From the NCBI GenBank assembly GCA_964348495.1, contig CAYGCZ010000002.1, forward strand, positions 8,588 to 68,807: a stretch of DNA of 60,220 nucleotides, given 5' to 3'. This document shows, piece after piece, positions 42,896 through 52,717 of the stretch (position 1 is its first letter; every line of letters starts with the position of its first letter). The notes beneath the pieces were generated by a model that did not search any database, was not told the DNA's origin, and worked only from the letters and a program-made list of their open reading frames with translations. Source of the DNA: an uncultured Candidatus Saccharibacteria bacterium (lineage in GTDB: Bacteria > Patescibacteriota > Minisyncoccia > Phycocordibacterales > UBA2135). A program made the translations under genes and the position numbers.

Positions 42896-42960
42896 TAGAA
42901 TGTAGAATATAGAGAATATAGCCGCCGCAAAAAATCGCCGAGGAGCGATTTTTTGCGGCG
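42896..42960 (+). repeat. REP/MITE-like element copy B: TAGAATGTAGAATAT motif plus a perfect 16-bp hairpin
   Basis: It lies 12 nt after the rnc stop codon. The hairpin CGCCGCAAAAAATCGC-CGAGGA-GCGATTTTTTGCGGCG spans 42923..42960 and has no trailing U-tract. Confidence 0.8.
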
Positions 42961-42980
42961 CACACCGGCGTGGTCGTCGC

Positions 42981-43014
42981 CACACTTCATACTTACTTCG
43001 GAATACTCTATACT
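42981..43014 (+). promoter_or_regulatory. Conserved upstream box ending in TATACT, 6 nt from the smc ATG
   Basis: Homologous to 13151..13184. Confidence 0.5.
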
Positions 43015-43020
43015 ATAGGT

Positions 43021-45312
43021 ATGTTGTTGAAGCGTCTCGAGCTCTCCGGTTTTAAGTCCTTCGCCCGTCCCACGACGCTTGATTTCACGACGCCCGTTAC
43101 GGCGATCGTCGGTCCCAACGGCTCCGGAAAATCAAACATCTCCGAGGCGATCCGCTTCGTGCTCGGTGAGCAATCCATGAAGTCTCTGCGCAGTAAGCAG
43201 AGCGAAGATCTTATCTTCAATGGCACCAAGGACGCCGCCCGCTTGAACCGCGCGAGCGTCGCCATAACCTTCGACAACCGTTCGCGCATCTTGCCGATAG
43301 ACTACGACGATGTGGAGGTGAAGCGGGACATCTACCGCGATGGGCAATTTTTGTATTACATAAACGGCGAAAAGGTTCGCCTTAAAGACATTGTGGAGCT
43401 CCTCTCCGCCGTCAATATCGGTATCTCAAGCCATCACATCATCTCGCAAGGCGAGGCCGATCGCATTCTCGCCGCATCTCCCAAGGAGCGGCGGATCATG
43501 ATCGAGGATGCTCTCGGTCTGCGCGCCTACTACCACAAGAAGAACGAAAGTACGCGTAAACTCGCAAAGACCCGAGAGAATGTCGCCAAGGTAGAATCCT
43601 TGCGCCGCGAACTCGCTCCCCATCTGCGCTTCCTGGAAAAGCAGGTTCAAAAGATACAAGAGGCGCGGGAGCTCAAGGCCGATCTCGTCGTCCGCTGTCG
43701 CGAATACTTTAAGATCGCCGACGCCCTCATCCGCCATGAGCGCGAGCATCTCGCGCGCGAGCGTTCCGCCCCCGTTCTCGCCCTTGCCGGCATTGAGGGC
43801 GAGATCGCCGAGAAGGGTCGCACCCTCGCCGAGATGGAGGCGCGCGAGCACAAGAGCGACCGCGTCGCCGCGTTGGAGGTGGCTCTCAAAGAGGCGCAAG
43901 ATCGCAAGGACGATCTCTCCCGCACCCTCGGGCGGCTCGAAGGCATGTACGAGTATGAAGAGCGGCGCATCCGCGAGGAGGAGGCGCGCCGCGAAGAGGC
44001 GCGGCAAGCCGCCGACAGACCCGTCTCCGTGCCGCTCTCCGCGTTGCGTTCGTTCATCGGCTCTCTGCGCGCACTCGTCGCCGAGGCCGAGAGCGCGTCG
44101 CTCCTTGATGCGGTCAAGAGCGTACTTCTGCGCGTACGCGAGACCGCCGACATGTTCGATGTGCGCTATGGTTCTCAAGGGGCACAAAGCGCCGAGGAAG
44201 CTTTGCAGGAGATATCGCGTGAAGCACTCGAACGTATCGGCGCGCAAAAGCACGACGCAGAAGAGCGATTACGCACAGCACAGGACGATGAGCACTCCTT
44301 GTATGCACAGTATCGCACGGCAAAAGATACCGTAGAGGAGGGCCGCAGTGCCGCGCGTCTTTTAGAGCGTGAGATATTCACCCTGCGCGAGGAGCGCGGG
44401 CGGCTCGTCGCACGCGTGGGCATGCTCGATGCCCACGACGAGCGCCTGCGCAGCGAGGAGGAACGCCTCATGACCGAGCGCACCGATGCGGCGCATCTTT
44501 TGGGCGTGCATGTTCTCCACGACGACGCATCCGCGCCGCCCGTTACAATCGATCGTGCCGACGAGGTGCGCTCTGCGCAGGAAGATCGCCGCCGCACCAT
44601 TGAACGCATGAAGATGAAGGTCGAAGATATGGGCGGGGGAGGCGAGGAGATCATAAAAGAACATAAGGAGACGATTGAGCGCGACTTGTACCTCGTGCGC
44701 GAACTCGACGATCTTGCGCACAGTATCGCATCACTCACGACACTCATCGACGAGTTGGGTGAAAAGATACGGAGCGAGTTTGCCGCCGGCGTCGCCTCCA
44801 TCAATGTCCGTTTCCAAGAGCTTTTTGCCGCCATGTTTGAAGGTGGCGGTGCCTCTCTTGCTACAATCGCACTGCAAAAGCGCGTACGAGGCGGCGAGGA
44901 ACTTATGGGCGGTGAAGGTGAGGAGGGCGAAGAGGAAGATGCGGCCGAGGAGGTGTCGGAGGAGGGTGTTGAGATTGCCGTCACCCTGCCACACAAGCGG
45001 TTGAAGGGTATGCATATGCTCTCGGGCGGCGAGCGAGCGCTCACTTCAATCGCACTCATTTTTGCCGTAACTCTCGTGCACCCGCCACCGTTTATCGTCT
45101 TGGACGAGACCGATGCCGCACTCGATGAATCCAACGCGCGCAAGTACGGCCTTATGGTAGAGCGCATCTCCGGCACAACGCAATTCATCATCATCACGCA
45201 CACGCGCGAAACGATGGCGCGCGCTCAGGCACTCTATGGCGTAACCGCGGCCGCAGACGGCATCTCGCGCCTCCTCTCCATCAAATTCGACGAAGCCGCC
45301 CGTATCGCTTAG
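43021..45312 (+). CDS. smc: SMC-like chromosome segregation ATPase, unusually short (763 aa)
   Basis: N-terminal head MLLKRLELSGFKSF..GPNGSGKSNISEAIRFVLGEQS, and a C-terminal head with LSGGERALTSIAL and FIVLDETDAALD. No hinge-like segment is visible by eye. Confidence 0.8.
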   Translation: MLLKRLELSGFKSFARPTTLDFTTPVTAIVGPNGSGKSNISEAIRFVLGEQSMKSLRSKQSEDLIFNGTKDAARLNRASVAITFDNRSRILPIDYDDVEVKRDIYRDGQFLYYINGEKVRLKDIVELLSAVNIGISSHHIISQGEADRILAASPKERRIMIEDALGLRAYYHKKNESTRKLAKTRENVAKVESLRRELAPHLRFLEKQVQKIQEARELKADLVVRCREYFKIADALIRHEREHLARERSAPVLALAGIEGEIAEKGRTLAEMEAREHKSDRVAALEVALKEAQDRKDDLSRTLGRLEGMYEYEERRIREEEARREEARQAADRPVSVPLSALRSFIGSLRALVAEAESASLLDAVKSVLLRVRETADMFDVRYGSQGAQSAEEALQEISREALERIGAQKHDAEERLRTAQDDEHSLYAQYRTAKDTVEEGRSAARLLEREIFTLREERGRLVARVGMLDAHDERLRSEEERLMTERTDAAHLLGVHVLHDDASAPPVTIDRADEVRSAQEDRRRTIERMKMKVEDMGGGGEEIIKEHKETIERDLYLVRELDDLAHSIASLTTLIDELGEKIRSEFAAGVASINVRFQELFAAMFEGGGASLATIALQKRVRGGEELMGGEGEEGEEEDAAEEVSEEGVEIAVTLPHKRLKGMHMLSGGERALTSIALIFAVTLVHPPPFIVLDETDAALDESNARKYGLMVERISGTTQFIIITHTRETMARAQALYGVTAAADGISRLLSIKFDEAARIA

Positions 45313-45349
45313 AGTTGCTTCATCGTTTATAATCCGTTATCCTTAGAGC

Positions 45350-45901
45350 ATGGCTTACGATTTTTCGCCTCTTAAGGCACGCATTGCCGAGGTCAAAGAG
45401 TGGCTCGCCGCCGAGTATACGGCGGTGCGCACAGGCAGGGCAACCCCCTCCATCCTCGATACTGTCAAAGTGGAGTCTTACGGCTCCCGAATGCCGATAG
45501 CGCATGTCGCCACGGTGAGTGTTGAGGATGCGACAACTCTGCGCATCACTCCGTGGGATAAAGATCAGATCAAAGGCATTGAGCAGGCGGTCCGCCTCGC
45601 CGATCTGGGGCTTGGTGTTGCCGCAGACGGTATGGGGCTGCGCATTACCTTCCCGATGCTTACCGGTGAACGGCGCACGGCACTCGTCAAAATCGTCCGT
45701 TCCAAGTTGGAAGAGGCGCGCGTCTCTCTGCGCAAGGAGCGCGAAGAGGTGTGGGGTGATATCCAGAAGAAACAAAAAGACGGCGAGATGGGCGAAGACG
45801 AAAAGTTTCGCCTCAAGGACGATATGCAAGCGCTCATAGATGCCGCCAACACCGCCTTCGGCGAAATGGCCGAAAAAAAGGAGAAAGAATTGGAGAATTA
45901 A
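45350..45901 (+). CDS. frr: Ribosome recycling factor
   Basis: RTGRATPSILD..V.VESYG and a C-terminal coiled region. Confidence 0.92.
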   Translation: MAYDFSPLKARIAEVKEWLAAEYTAVRTGRATPSILDTVKVESYGSRMPIAHVATVSVEDATTLRITPWDKDQIKGIEQAVRLADLGLGVAADGMGLRITFPMLTGERRTALVKIVRSKLEEARVSLRKEREEVWGDIQKKQKDGEMGEDEKFRLKDDMQALIDAANTAFGEMAEKKEKELEN

Positions 45902-45905
45902 CACT

Positions 45906-47003
45906 ATGTCTGTCCTCCTCTTTTTCATCATTTTGGCACTCCTGATACTCGTCCACGAGTTCGGGCATTTTATCATCGCCAAGAAATCAGGTATTCGGGT
46001 TGATGAGTTTGGGCTTGGTTTCCCGCCCAAACTCTTCGGCAAGAAGATCGGCGAGACGGAGTATACCTTGAACTTGATTCCCTTCGGCGGCTTCGTCAAA
46101 ATCTTCGGTGAGACGCCGGATGAGGCGTCACTCACCGGTACCGACAGTGCGCGCAGTCTCGTCCGCAAGCCGCGGCTCATTCAAGCGGCCGTCATCTCGG
46201 GCGGCGTGCTCTTCAATGTGCTCTTTGCATGGCTTTTGATCTCAGCGGGTTTTATGGTCGGTTTGCCGACCTCCGTTGAGAATGCGCCGATCGGTGCGCG
46301 CATCGTCGACGAGCACCTCGCAATCATCGGTGTTGAGCAGGGTTCACCTGCCGCCGAGGCGGGGCTGAAGCCCGGCGATCGTATCTTGTCGTTGCGTGCG
46401 GGTGAGGATGCACTGTCCGATCCGACCGCTTCCGCGGTGCGAGACTTTACCGCCGAGCGCGGCGCACAAGAGATCGAACTTTTCATCCGCCGCGGCGAGA
46501 CGGTCGTCTCCGCCCGCGTAACACCTGTAACCGGTATTGTAGAGGGAAGGACCGCTATCGGTATCGGCATGGATCGGGTGGGCATCGTTTCTCTTCCGCC
46601 GCACCGCGCCCTCATTCACGGCGTCGAGGCGACATGGTCGCTGACCGTGGCGACGGCGGGAGCATTGTGGGGCATCCTCGCAGGGTTATTTGAGGGTAAT
46701 GCTCGTCTCTCCGACCTTACCGGGCCTGTCGGCATCGTCGGCGTCGTGGGTGATGCCGCGCAGGTCGGTTTCGCCTATTTGGTGAGCCTCACCGCGCTTA
46801 TCTCCATCAACTTGGCAATTATTAATATCCTGCCCATTCCCGCGCTCGACGGCGGGCGTTTGCTCTTTATCATAGTGGAGGCGATCACACGTCGACCGGT
46901 GAATACGCGTTTTGCCAATGCCGCGCATACCATCGGCTTTGTGCTTCTCATCGGCCTGATGCTTCTCATCACCTACCATGATATTATAAAATTGATACAT
47001 TAG
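45906..47003 (+). CDS. rseP: RIP metalloprotease RseP (site-2 protease)
   Basis: HEFGHF zinc motif, a central PDZ domain and a C-terminal NLLPIPALDGG-type motif (NILPIPALDGG). Confidence 0.9.
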   Translation: MSVLLFFIILALLILVHEFGHFIIAKKSGIRVDEFGLGFPPKLFGKKIGETEYTLNLIPFGGFVKIFGETPDEASLTGTDSARSLVRKPRLIQAAVISGGVLFNVLFAWLLISAGFMVGLPTSVENAPIGARIVDEHLAIIGVEQGSPAAEAGLKPGDRILSLRAGEDALSDPTASAVRDFTAERGAQEIELFIRRGETVVSARVTPVTGIVEGRTAIGIGMDRVGIVSLPPHRALIHGVEATWSLTVATAGALWGILAGLFEGNARLSDLTGPVGIVGVVGDAAQVGFAYLVSLTALISINLAIINILPIPALDGGRLLFIIVEAITRRPVNTRFANAAHTIGFVLLIGLMLLITYHDIIKLIH

Positions 47004-47052
47004 AGGCATGTGCGCGGTAGAGGCCGTGTTCGGGGGGTTGTTTGATTATTTT

Positions 47053-47436
47053 ATGGAAACACCGAAAAAGCATATTTTGATGATCGACGATGATCCTTCA
47101 ACGCGACGTCTCTTCGGAGGAATACTCGCCATGGAGGGGTTCGAGGTCATCTATGCCAAGGACGGCAACGAGGGGCGGGAAATGGCGCGCCGTTTCCAGC
47201 CCGATCTCATTACTCTGGACTTCAATCTTCCCATCATGGACGGCATTACGGTCGTCTCATATATCAAGCAGGAAGAACAAACAAAAAACATTCCTATCGT
47301 CTTCTTCACCAATGCAGATCTTTCTATTGAGGCCGAAAAGAACATGCGTGAGCTCGGTATCGCCGACTATATGCAAAAGGGCGTCGATACGCATGAATTC
47401 ATTGCGCGCATCAAGAAAGCGTGCGGCATGACATAG
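47053..47436 (+). CDS. Receiver-only response regulator (CheY-like)
   Basis: ILMIDDD, the phospho-acceptor context LITLDFNLPIMDG, and a conserved K in ADYMQKG. Confidence 0.85.
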   Translation: METPKKHILMIDDDPSTRRLFGGILAMEGFEVIYAKDGNEGREMARRFQPDLITLDFNLPIMDGITVVSYIKQEEQTKNIPIVFFTNADLSIEAEKNMRELGIADYMQKGVDTHEFIARIKKACGMT

Positions 47437-47565
47437 ATGACCTCGAACCCTCCCGTGCGCGATCAAAGCCCGTCATCGTGATGGGCTTTGATCTGATGTT
47501 CACCAGTATGAACAGATGCTGTCAAACTTTGAAAACGCGCCCACATGGGCTACCATGATGATATT

Positions 47566-48798
47566 ATGACCCGATTTTCCCACGCATTCATTCGCACACA
47601 CAAAGATGCTCCCAAAGACGAGGTGTCGCGCAACGCACAGCTCTTGGTTCGTGCGGGATATGTCGATAAGCTTTCGGCGGGCGTGTATACGTTTCTTCCA
47701 CTCGGTCTTCGGGTGATGAAAAAAATAGAACGCATCATCCGACGTGAGATGAACGCCATAGGCGGTCAGGAACTTCTTATGCCCGCACTGCATCCCAAGG
47801 AAAATTGGGTTACCACCGGTCGCTGGGATGCGATGGACGATCTCTATAAAGTAACCGATGTGAGCGGTCGCGAGTCTGCCCTTGGAGCGACTCATGAAGA
47901 GATCGTGGTGCCGATCGCCAAAAATTTTATTTCATCCTACAAAGATCTTCCTTTCGCGCTTTACCAATTTCAAAACAAATTTCGCATGGAACTGCGCGCA
48001 AAGTCAGGTCTTCTGCGCGGTCGCGAATTCCTCATGAAGGATCTCTATTCCTTTCACGCCACACAAGAAGATGCTGAGGCCTTTTATGCCAAAGTGCGCG
48101 ACGCCTATATGCGCATCTTTACCGCCGCGGGTATCGGCGAGAAGACCTACCTGACCTTCGCATCGGGCGGCAGTTTTTCAAAATACTCGCATGAGTTCCA
48201 GACGCTCACCGATGCCGGCGAGGATCTGATCCATATCTGCGGACATTGCAGGATTGCCATCAACGAAGAGATCTTTTCCGACCAGAAGACGTGCCCCGAG
48301 TGCGGCGGTTCCGAGTTTACGACCGAAAAATCCGTCGAGACCGGCAATATTTTTGACTTAAAGACCAAATACTCCGATCCCTTCCACCTCGCCTTCAAGG
48401 ACGAGACAGGTGCATTGAAGCCCGTGCTCATGGGATGCTACGGTATCGGCCTTGGCCGCTTGATGGGCACAGTTGTCGAGGTGCACGCCGACGAACGCGG
48501 CATCGTCTGGCCGGAGCAGATAAGCCCGTACCAGTATCATCTCATCATGCTCGGTGGCAACGACGATGTGCGTCGTCGAGCGGATGAGGTCTACGAGATG
48601 CTCTCCGCCTCCGGTGTGGAGGTGCTCTACGACGATCGCGATGTGAGCTCCGGTGTCAAATTCGCCGATGCCGACCTTATCGGTATCACCCGCCAGATCG
48701 TGATCGGTAAGAAGGCGATGGAGACACCAGGCCTCGTGGAGGTCAAAGATCGTATAACCGGCGAGGTTCGTACGATCGCGGCGGAAGAACTCTCGTAA
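47566..48798 (+). CDS. proS: Proline--tRNA ligase, bacterial type, with the INS editing domain replaced by a short CxxC..CxxC segment
   Basis: The N-terminus, motif 1/2 region (FRMELRAKSGLLRGREFLMKD.YSFH) and motif 3 (GCYGIGLGRL) are colinear with bacterial ProRS. Only about 40 aa, including CGHC..CPEC, sit where INS normally lies. Confidence 0.85.
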   Translation: MTRFSHAFIRTHKDAPKDEVSRNAQLLVRAGYVDKLSAGVYTFLPLGLRVMKKIERIIRREMNAIGGQELLMPALHPKENWVTTGRWDAMDDLYKVTDVSGRESALGATHEEIVVPIAKNFISSYKDLPFALYQFQNKFRMELRAKSGLLRGREFLMKDLYSFHATQEDAEAFYAKVRDAYMRIFTAAGIGEKTYLTFASGGSFSKYSHEFQTLTDAGEDLIHICGHCRIAINEEIFSDQKTCPECGGSEFTTEKSVETGNIFDLKTKYSDPFHLAFKDETGALKPVLMGCYGIGLGRLMGTVVEVHADERGIVWPEQISPYQYHLIMLGGNDDVRRRADEVYEMLSASGVEVLYDDRDVSSGVKFADADLIGITRQIVIGKKAMETPGLVEVKDRITGEVRTIAAEELS

Positions 48799-48816
48799 TA
48801 GCATCCTTCACGGGGT

Positions 48817-49878
48817 ATGAAAACCTATCTCAAAAAAATTCAAGCGATCTTCTCCAACGACATCGGTATCGATCTCGGTACGGCGAATACGCTTGTCTAT
48901 ATCAAGAAGTACGGGATCGTTATCAACGAGCCCTCGGTTGTTGCGCTCAACGAAAAGACCGGACAGGTTGTTGCTGTCGGCACTCAGGCAAAACAGATGC
49001 TTGGCCGCACTCCCGCACACGTAAGCGCTATACGGCCCCTCGTCGACGGTGTTATTTCCAATTTCGAGGTTGCTGAGGAGATGATCGCCTATTTTCTCAA
49101 CAAGACAAGCAAACTCGTGCCCAAGATGCTCCGCCCGCGTGTGCTTATCGGTGTTCCTTCAGGAATCACCAATGTCGAGACGCGCGCCGTGCGCGATGCC
49201 GCCCGCAATGCCGGAGCGCGCGAAGTGCATATCATCGAAGAACCGATGGCCGCCGCAATCGGCATTGGTTTGCCGGTAACCGATCCTGTTGGAACCATGG
49301 TGATCGATATCGGCGGCGGCACGACCGATATCGCCGTTATCTCGCTCTCCGGTGTCGTGCGTGCCAAGAGTCTCAAAATCGCCGGCGATAAGTTCGATGA
49401 AGACATCTCCTCGTATGTACGCAATGAGTTCAAGATCATTATCGGCAAGCGTACGGCGGAAGATGTGAAGATCGCCATCGGTTCCGTTATGGAGGATGGT
49501 GCGCCGGCGGAGGCATCGGTGCGCGGGCGCGATCTTTTGACCGGTTTGCCGCGCGAGGTCGTCCTCACCGATGCCGACATTCGCGAAGCAATTGCCCCCT
49601 CTATCGCTCAGCTTATAGAGGCGGTCAAAGAGGTCATGGAGACGACGCCGCCCGAGGTGCTCTCCGATGTCATGGCACGAGGAATTGTACTTGCGGGCGG
49701 CGGATCAGTGATCAAAGGACTTGCCGATCTTCTGCGTTCTGAGCTTAAAATCCCCATCCATATCGCACACGAGCCGCTCACAGCGGTGGTACGCGGTACG
49801 GGAATCGTCCTTGAACAGTTTGATTTTTACGAAGAAGTATTACTTGATGCCAATGATGAATTCTCGCCCATGGCATAA
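48817..49878 (+). CDS. mreB: Rod shape-determining protein MreB
   Basis: IGIDLGTANTLVY and DIGGGTTDIAV. Confidence 0.94.
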   Translation: MKTYLKKIQAIFSNDIGIDLGTANTLVYIKKYGIVINEPSVVALNEKTGQVVAVGTQAKQMLGRTPAHVSAIRPLVDGVISNFEVAEEMIAYFLNKTSKLVPKMLRPRVLIGVPSGITNVETRAVRDAARNAGAREVHIIEEPMAAAIGIGLPVTDPVGTMVIDIGGGTTDIAVISLSGVVRAKSLKIAGDKFDEDISSYVRNEFKIIIGKRTAEDVKIAIGSVMEDGAPAEASVRGRDLLTGLPREVVLTDADIREAIAPSIAQLIEAVKEVMETTPPEVLSDVMARGIVLAGGGSVIKGLADLLRSELKIPIHIAHEPLTAVVRGTGIVLEQFDFYEEVLLDANDEFSPMA

Positions 49879-50689
49879 ACAACAAAAGCGCCGCATACCG
49901 AGATTGGTTATCGCGGTTCTTTCCATTGCGGTGCTTGCGACACTCTGGCGGATCAATATTTTCAGAGAGGTTACCTCCATCGCCGCACTTTCAGTTTCTG
50001 CGCCCGTCTTCTCGGTCGGTTCCGATCTCAAAGATCGCGCCGCGTTCTTTACCGAGGGGCTGCGCAGTCGCGATGAGCTCGCTGTGGAGAATATCCGTCT
50101 GCGCGACGAACGTGCCGCGCTCACAGCCGTCGAGGTGCATTATCAAACCCTTGAAGCGGAAAATCGGGAACTTCGTTCCATACTCGGCATGAGCGATCCC
50201 GATCTCGATACGGTACTTGCCGACGTGCTTGCCTCGCCCGATCGTACGCCGTACGATACGCTCATCATCAATGCCGGTTCGTCCGACGGGGTTGCTGTGG
50301 GTGATCGCGTTATTACGGCACATGGCGGTGTTGCACTCGGAGAGATCAAGGTTGCGGGGCATTATACGTCACGTGTCGTCCTGTTTTCGTCCTCAGGTGG
50401 CGAATACGATGCAGTGCTCGGTGCCGAGCATTACCCGGTGCGAATCCGTGGCGAGGGAGGGGGTAATTTCGTCGCGGAATTCCCCAGGGAGATCGGTGTT
50501 GTGGTAGGAGACGAGGTCATACTGCCGGCCTTTGGCAATCGCATCGTCGGTGTGGTCGGCACTATCGCTCAAGAAACAGCCGACCCTTTTGCAACTCTTC
50601 GTATCATGATACCGGTCAATATGTATACCCTGCCGCGCGTGTTAGTCGTACGCGGAAATGCCGAGGTGTCGCCGGAGGAAGAATTATGA
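49847..50689 (+). CDS. mreC: Rod shape-determining protein MreC
   Basis: Position after mreB, an N-terminal transmembrane helix, a coiled coil (LRDERAAL..LEAENRELRSILG) and beta-rich domains. The start is uncertain among 49847, 49853 and 49856 and overlaps the end of mreB. Confidence 0.8.
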   Translation: MPMMNSRPWHKQQKRRIPRLVIAVLSIAVLATLWRINIFREVTSIAALSVSAPVFSVGSDLKDRAAFFTEGLRSRDELAVENIRLRDERAALTAVEVHYQTLEAENRELRSILGMSDPDLDTVLADVLASPDRTPYDTLIINAGSSDGVAVGDRVITAHGGVALGEIKVAGHYTSRVVLFSSSGGEYDAVLGAEHYPVRIRGEGGGNFVAEFPREIGVVVGDEVILPAFGNRIVGVVGTIAQETADPFATLRIMIPVNMYTLPRVLVVRGNAEVSPEEEL

Positions 50690-50943
50690 AGCGTGTCGCA
50701 CTCAACTTCGCACTCGGAGTATCCCTCCTCTTTTTTCCCTGGTGGTGCACAGTCGCGTGTGCCATAGCGGGGCTCGTACTCTTCGGATCGTTCTATGAAC
50801 TGATCGCATGGGGAGTATTTGCCGACGCCCTCTACGGCGGTACGTCGACGTCGTGGTTGTCGGCGCAGGGAATGATGAGTATACGTGCACTCATCGTTGT
50901 CGCCATTGCCGCGCGCGTGCAGTCAATCATCCGTTTTTCATAA
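50686..50943 (+). CDS. mreD: Small membrane protein in the MreD position
   Basis: 85 aa with 2-3 hydrophobic segments, lying between mreC and mrdA. It is start/stop-coupled on both sides (ATGA overlap, TAATG overlap). Confidence 0.55.
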   Translation: MKRVALNFALGVSLLFFPWWCTVACAIAGLVLFGSFYELIAWGVFADALYGGTSTSWLSAQGMMSIRALIVVAIAARVQSIIRFS

Positions 50944-52655
50944 TGAAAAAGCGCAGACATTACAATACCGAGATCAACCCCGATGAGATCTTTTTGGACT
51001 CGAGTAATTTGCCCGACTTCGATATGCATCAATTCGAAGGGCGTATCGAAACGCCTATCCGCAAGAGGGCGGTTATCCTCATAGGTTTTTTTTTCTTTGT
51101 GGTCGGCGGTCTTTTCGCGGGGAAATTGTGGAATGTGCAAGTGCGCGATGGTGCCTCATTTCGCGTCATCGCCGACAATAATCATCTGCGCGAGGTGCCG
51201 CTCTTCTCGGAGCGCGGGGTGATCCTCGACCGCAACGGCGTACCACTCGCATGGAATTCCACGTTTCCCGAGGAGGAAGAGAAGCCTTTTTTTAGGCGCG
51301 AATATATCAAGAAACCCGGCTTTGCACATGTGCTCGGTTATGTGGCGTATCCATCGCGCGATAAGGCGGGTAATTATTATCGCGTGGACTTTGAGGGCAA
51401 GGATGGTGTGGAGCAGCGTTACGATGCGACCTTGCAGGGTGTCTCAGGTATGAAGATCATGGAGACCGACGCTCTCGGTGGCGTGCGATCCGAAAATGTC
51501 GTGCGCGCGGGTGTCGATGGCGGCACGCTTACTCTCACGATCGACAGCCGCATACAAGAGATCATGCATCGCGAGATCGCCTCTCTCGCCGCACGCGTCG
51601 GATTTACCGGCGGAGCGGGCGTCATGATGGACGTACGCACCGGCGAGGTGATCGCGCTTACCAACTACCCTGAATACGACCCGAACATTCTTTCCAACGG
51701 AAAAGAAGGAGATGCTATACATGCCTATGTGCGGAGTCGCGGCTTGCCATTCTTGAATCGCGCCGTTTCCGGCCTCTATACGCCCGGTTCAATCGTCAAA
51801 CCTTTTGTCGCCCTTGCCGCCCTCAACGAAGGCGTCATCACACCTGAGAAACACATTTTGAGTACCGGATCAATCTCCGTGCAAAACCCCTACGATCCGA
51901 GCAAGAAGACCGTCTTTAGGGACTGGAAGGCGCACGGTCTGGTTGCGGTGCGCGACGCCCTCGCCGTCTCATCCGATGTCTACTTTTACGAAGTTGGTGG
52001 CGGCTTCGGCGACCAAAAAGGCATCGGTATAGAAAAAATCAAGGCATACATGAATCTCTTTGGCGTTGGTACGCAGACAGGCATAGACTTGGACGGCGAA
52101 AAGCTTGGTCTCATCCCCACACCTGAGTGGAAGCAGTCCGTCTTTAACGACCCGTGGCGTGTCGGTGATACCTACATCACTGCCATCGGACAATATGGCT
52201 TTCAGGTTACACCCATCCAGATGGCGCGAGCCATTGCAGCTGTCGCGAGCGATGGCCTTTTGACCGAGCCGCATATCGTCAGATCTGTTGCACGCGACAC
52301 TTCCGCCGGCACGCGTATCGCTCTGTTGTATGACGTACACAAAATCGGTTATATCGAGCAAGAGTATTTCACGATCGTCAAAGAGGGTATGCGCCAAGCC
52401 GTTACCGCCGGTACCGCCCAAGGTTTGAGTGTGCCCTTCGTTAAGGTGGCGGGTAAGACGGGCACCGCCGAGATTGGCGCAAAAAAGCAATTCGTCAATT
52501 CGTGGATCGTCGGCTTTTTCCCCTATGAGTCGCCGCGGTACGTCTTTACTGTCGTCATGGAACATGGACCGCACACCAATCTCGTCGGCGGTACCTATGT
52601 CATGCGGCAGGTTCTCGACTGGATGGGAAAAAATACTCCAGAATATTTTGAGTGA
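50943..52655 (+). CDS. mrdA: Penicillin-binding protein 2 (class B transpeptidase)
   Basis: Its position after mreCD, a transmembrane anchor, the SxxK context (PGSIVKP), SSD (SxN-like) and KTGTA. Confidence 0.88.
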   Translation: MKKRRHYNTEINPDEIFLDSSNLPDFDMHQFEGRIETPIRKRAVILIGFFFFVVGGLFAGKLWNVQVRDGASFRVIADNNHLREVPLFSERGVILDRNGVPLAWNSTFPEEEEKPFFRREYIKKPGFAHVLGYVAYPSRDKAGNYYRVDFEGKDGVEQRYDATLQGVSGMKIMETDALGGVRSENVVRAGVDGGTLTLTIDSRIQEIMHREIASLAARVGFTGGAGVMMDVRTGEVIALTNYPEYDPNILSNGKEGDAIHAYVRSRGLPFLNRAVSGLYTPGSIVKPFVALAALNEGVITPEKHILSTGSISVQNPYDPSKKTVFRDWKAHGLVAVRDALAVSSDVYFYEVGGGFGDQKGIGIEKIKAYMNLFGVGTQTGIDLDGEKLGLIPTPEWKQSVFNDPWRVGDTYITAIGQYGFQVTPIQMARAIAAVASDGLLTEPHIVRSVARDTSAGTRIALLYDVHKIGYIEQEYFTIVKEGMRQAVTAGTAQGLSVPFVKVAGKTGTAEIGAKKQFVNSWIVGFFPYESPRYVFTVVMEHGPHTNLVGGTYVMRQVLDWMGKNTPEYFE

Positions 52656-52683
52656 TCGGACATGGACAGCCGTCGTTTTTCCC

Positions 52684-52691
52684 TGTATACT
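52684..52691 (+). promoter_or_regulatory. Extended -10 (TGTATACT) upstream of greA
   Basis: Sequence match, 26 nt from the ATG. Confidence 0.4.
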
Positions 52692-52717
52692 GTCCCCATA
52701 ACAACACTTCTTATCTT

